64,000 nt of DNA from Puniceicoccales bacterium (GTDB taxonomy: Bacteria; Verrucomicrobiota; Verrucomicrobiia; Opitutales; LL51). Both the position numbers and the translations under genes were made by a program. Position 1 is the first letter of the stretch; each line of letters opens with the position of its first letter. Under the pieces are notes generated by a model. The model ran no database searches, was not told where the DNA came from, and saw only the letters and a program-made list of their open reading frames with translations. Shown one piece after another: positions 63,713 to 64,000 of this stretch. The DNA lies in assembly GCA_031284265.1 (NCBI GenBank), contig JAITAG010000039.1:2983-66982 (forward strand). The letters are read 5' to 3'.

Positions 63713-63713
63713 A

Positions 63714-64000
63714 TTATTCCACGATTCGGGGGACTACAATTTGGTTATTTTTCTGTTCTGGAGCATTCATTAATGCCATTTCGGCGGAAAAATTTTCCCC
63801 CGGGTTATCCGCACGCAAAGCATTATTCCATTCCAATGCATGGAGAGTCGGTTCCACACCTTGGATATTCACCGTCTTCAATTGTTGCACGTAGGCAAGC
63901 ATGGTGTCGATTGGACCGGGAAGCGTTCTACGCTCTTCATCGGAAAGGGCAATTCGGCATAACATCGCAATATGATCGATATCGATATGTTCAGCTGTCA
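63714..64000 (-). CDS. gatC: Asp/Glu-tRNA amidotransferase subunit C (5' end beyond the window)
   Basis: '...IAMLCRIALSDEERRTL.....MLAYVQQLKTVNIQGVEPT' matches the GatC pattern. The frame stays open to base 64000. Its stop is 1 nt from the gatA start. Confidence 0.8.
   Translation of the reverse strand, partial: TAEHIDIDHIAMLCRIALSDEERRTLPGPIDTMLAYVQQLKTVNIQGVEPTLHALEWNNALRADNPGENFSAEMALMNAPEQKNNQIVVPRIVE

Overview
This is a 64-kb chromosomal window from an AT-rich bacterium. The gene content points to a host-associated member of the PVC group (Chlamydiae/Verrucomicrobia/Lentisphaerae-like): an ATP/ADP translocase, a type III secretion secretin with a chaperone-like neighbour, three prepilin-type 'FTLVE...DGH/S' proteins, a BatA-E operon, McsA/McsB, and Kdo/LPS genes (waaA, kdsB, lptF/G, PAP2). 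That taxonomic call is inference from gene content only. I support about 55 CDS, mostly housekeeping: tmk-holB, dnaG-rpoD, pheT, pheS, hisS, gatCA, tgt, tpiA, rseP, rsmE and fabG. I also folded 7 tRNAs by eye: Asp-GTC, Ser-CGA, Ser-TGA, Thr-CGT twice, Thr-TGT and Lys-TTT. No rRNA, CRISPR array, transposase or integrase was seen. The most striking signal is non-coding. Thirteen intergenic tracts, about 3.3 kb or 5% of the window, are GC-rich mosaics assembled from the same ~10 short palindromic hairpin modules in a largely conserved order and in either orientation. Their stems vary by compensatory changes. They sit mostly at gene 3' ends, repeatedly donate stop codons or C-terminal tails to neighbouring genes, and bracket the pilin-like gene cassettes. 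Other notable items: (1) an octanucleotide repeat, (GCATACAG)x3, puts the ATG of one pilin-like gene out of frame, which may be a phase switch; (2) a perfect 97-bp direct repeat, a whole tRNA-Thr plus flank, brackets a 2.6-kb insert carrying an amino-acid symporter; (3) two orphan signal-peptide proteins lie behind extremely AT-rich leaders; (4) a BatB-TPR fusion carries a Q/N/D-rich tandem repeat; (5) the DnaG zinc-finger ligands are degenerate. All calls rest on by-eye motif recognition and hand folding. No database search was run.
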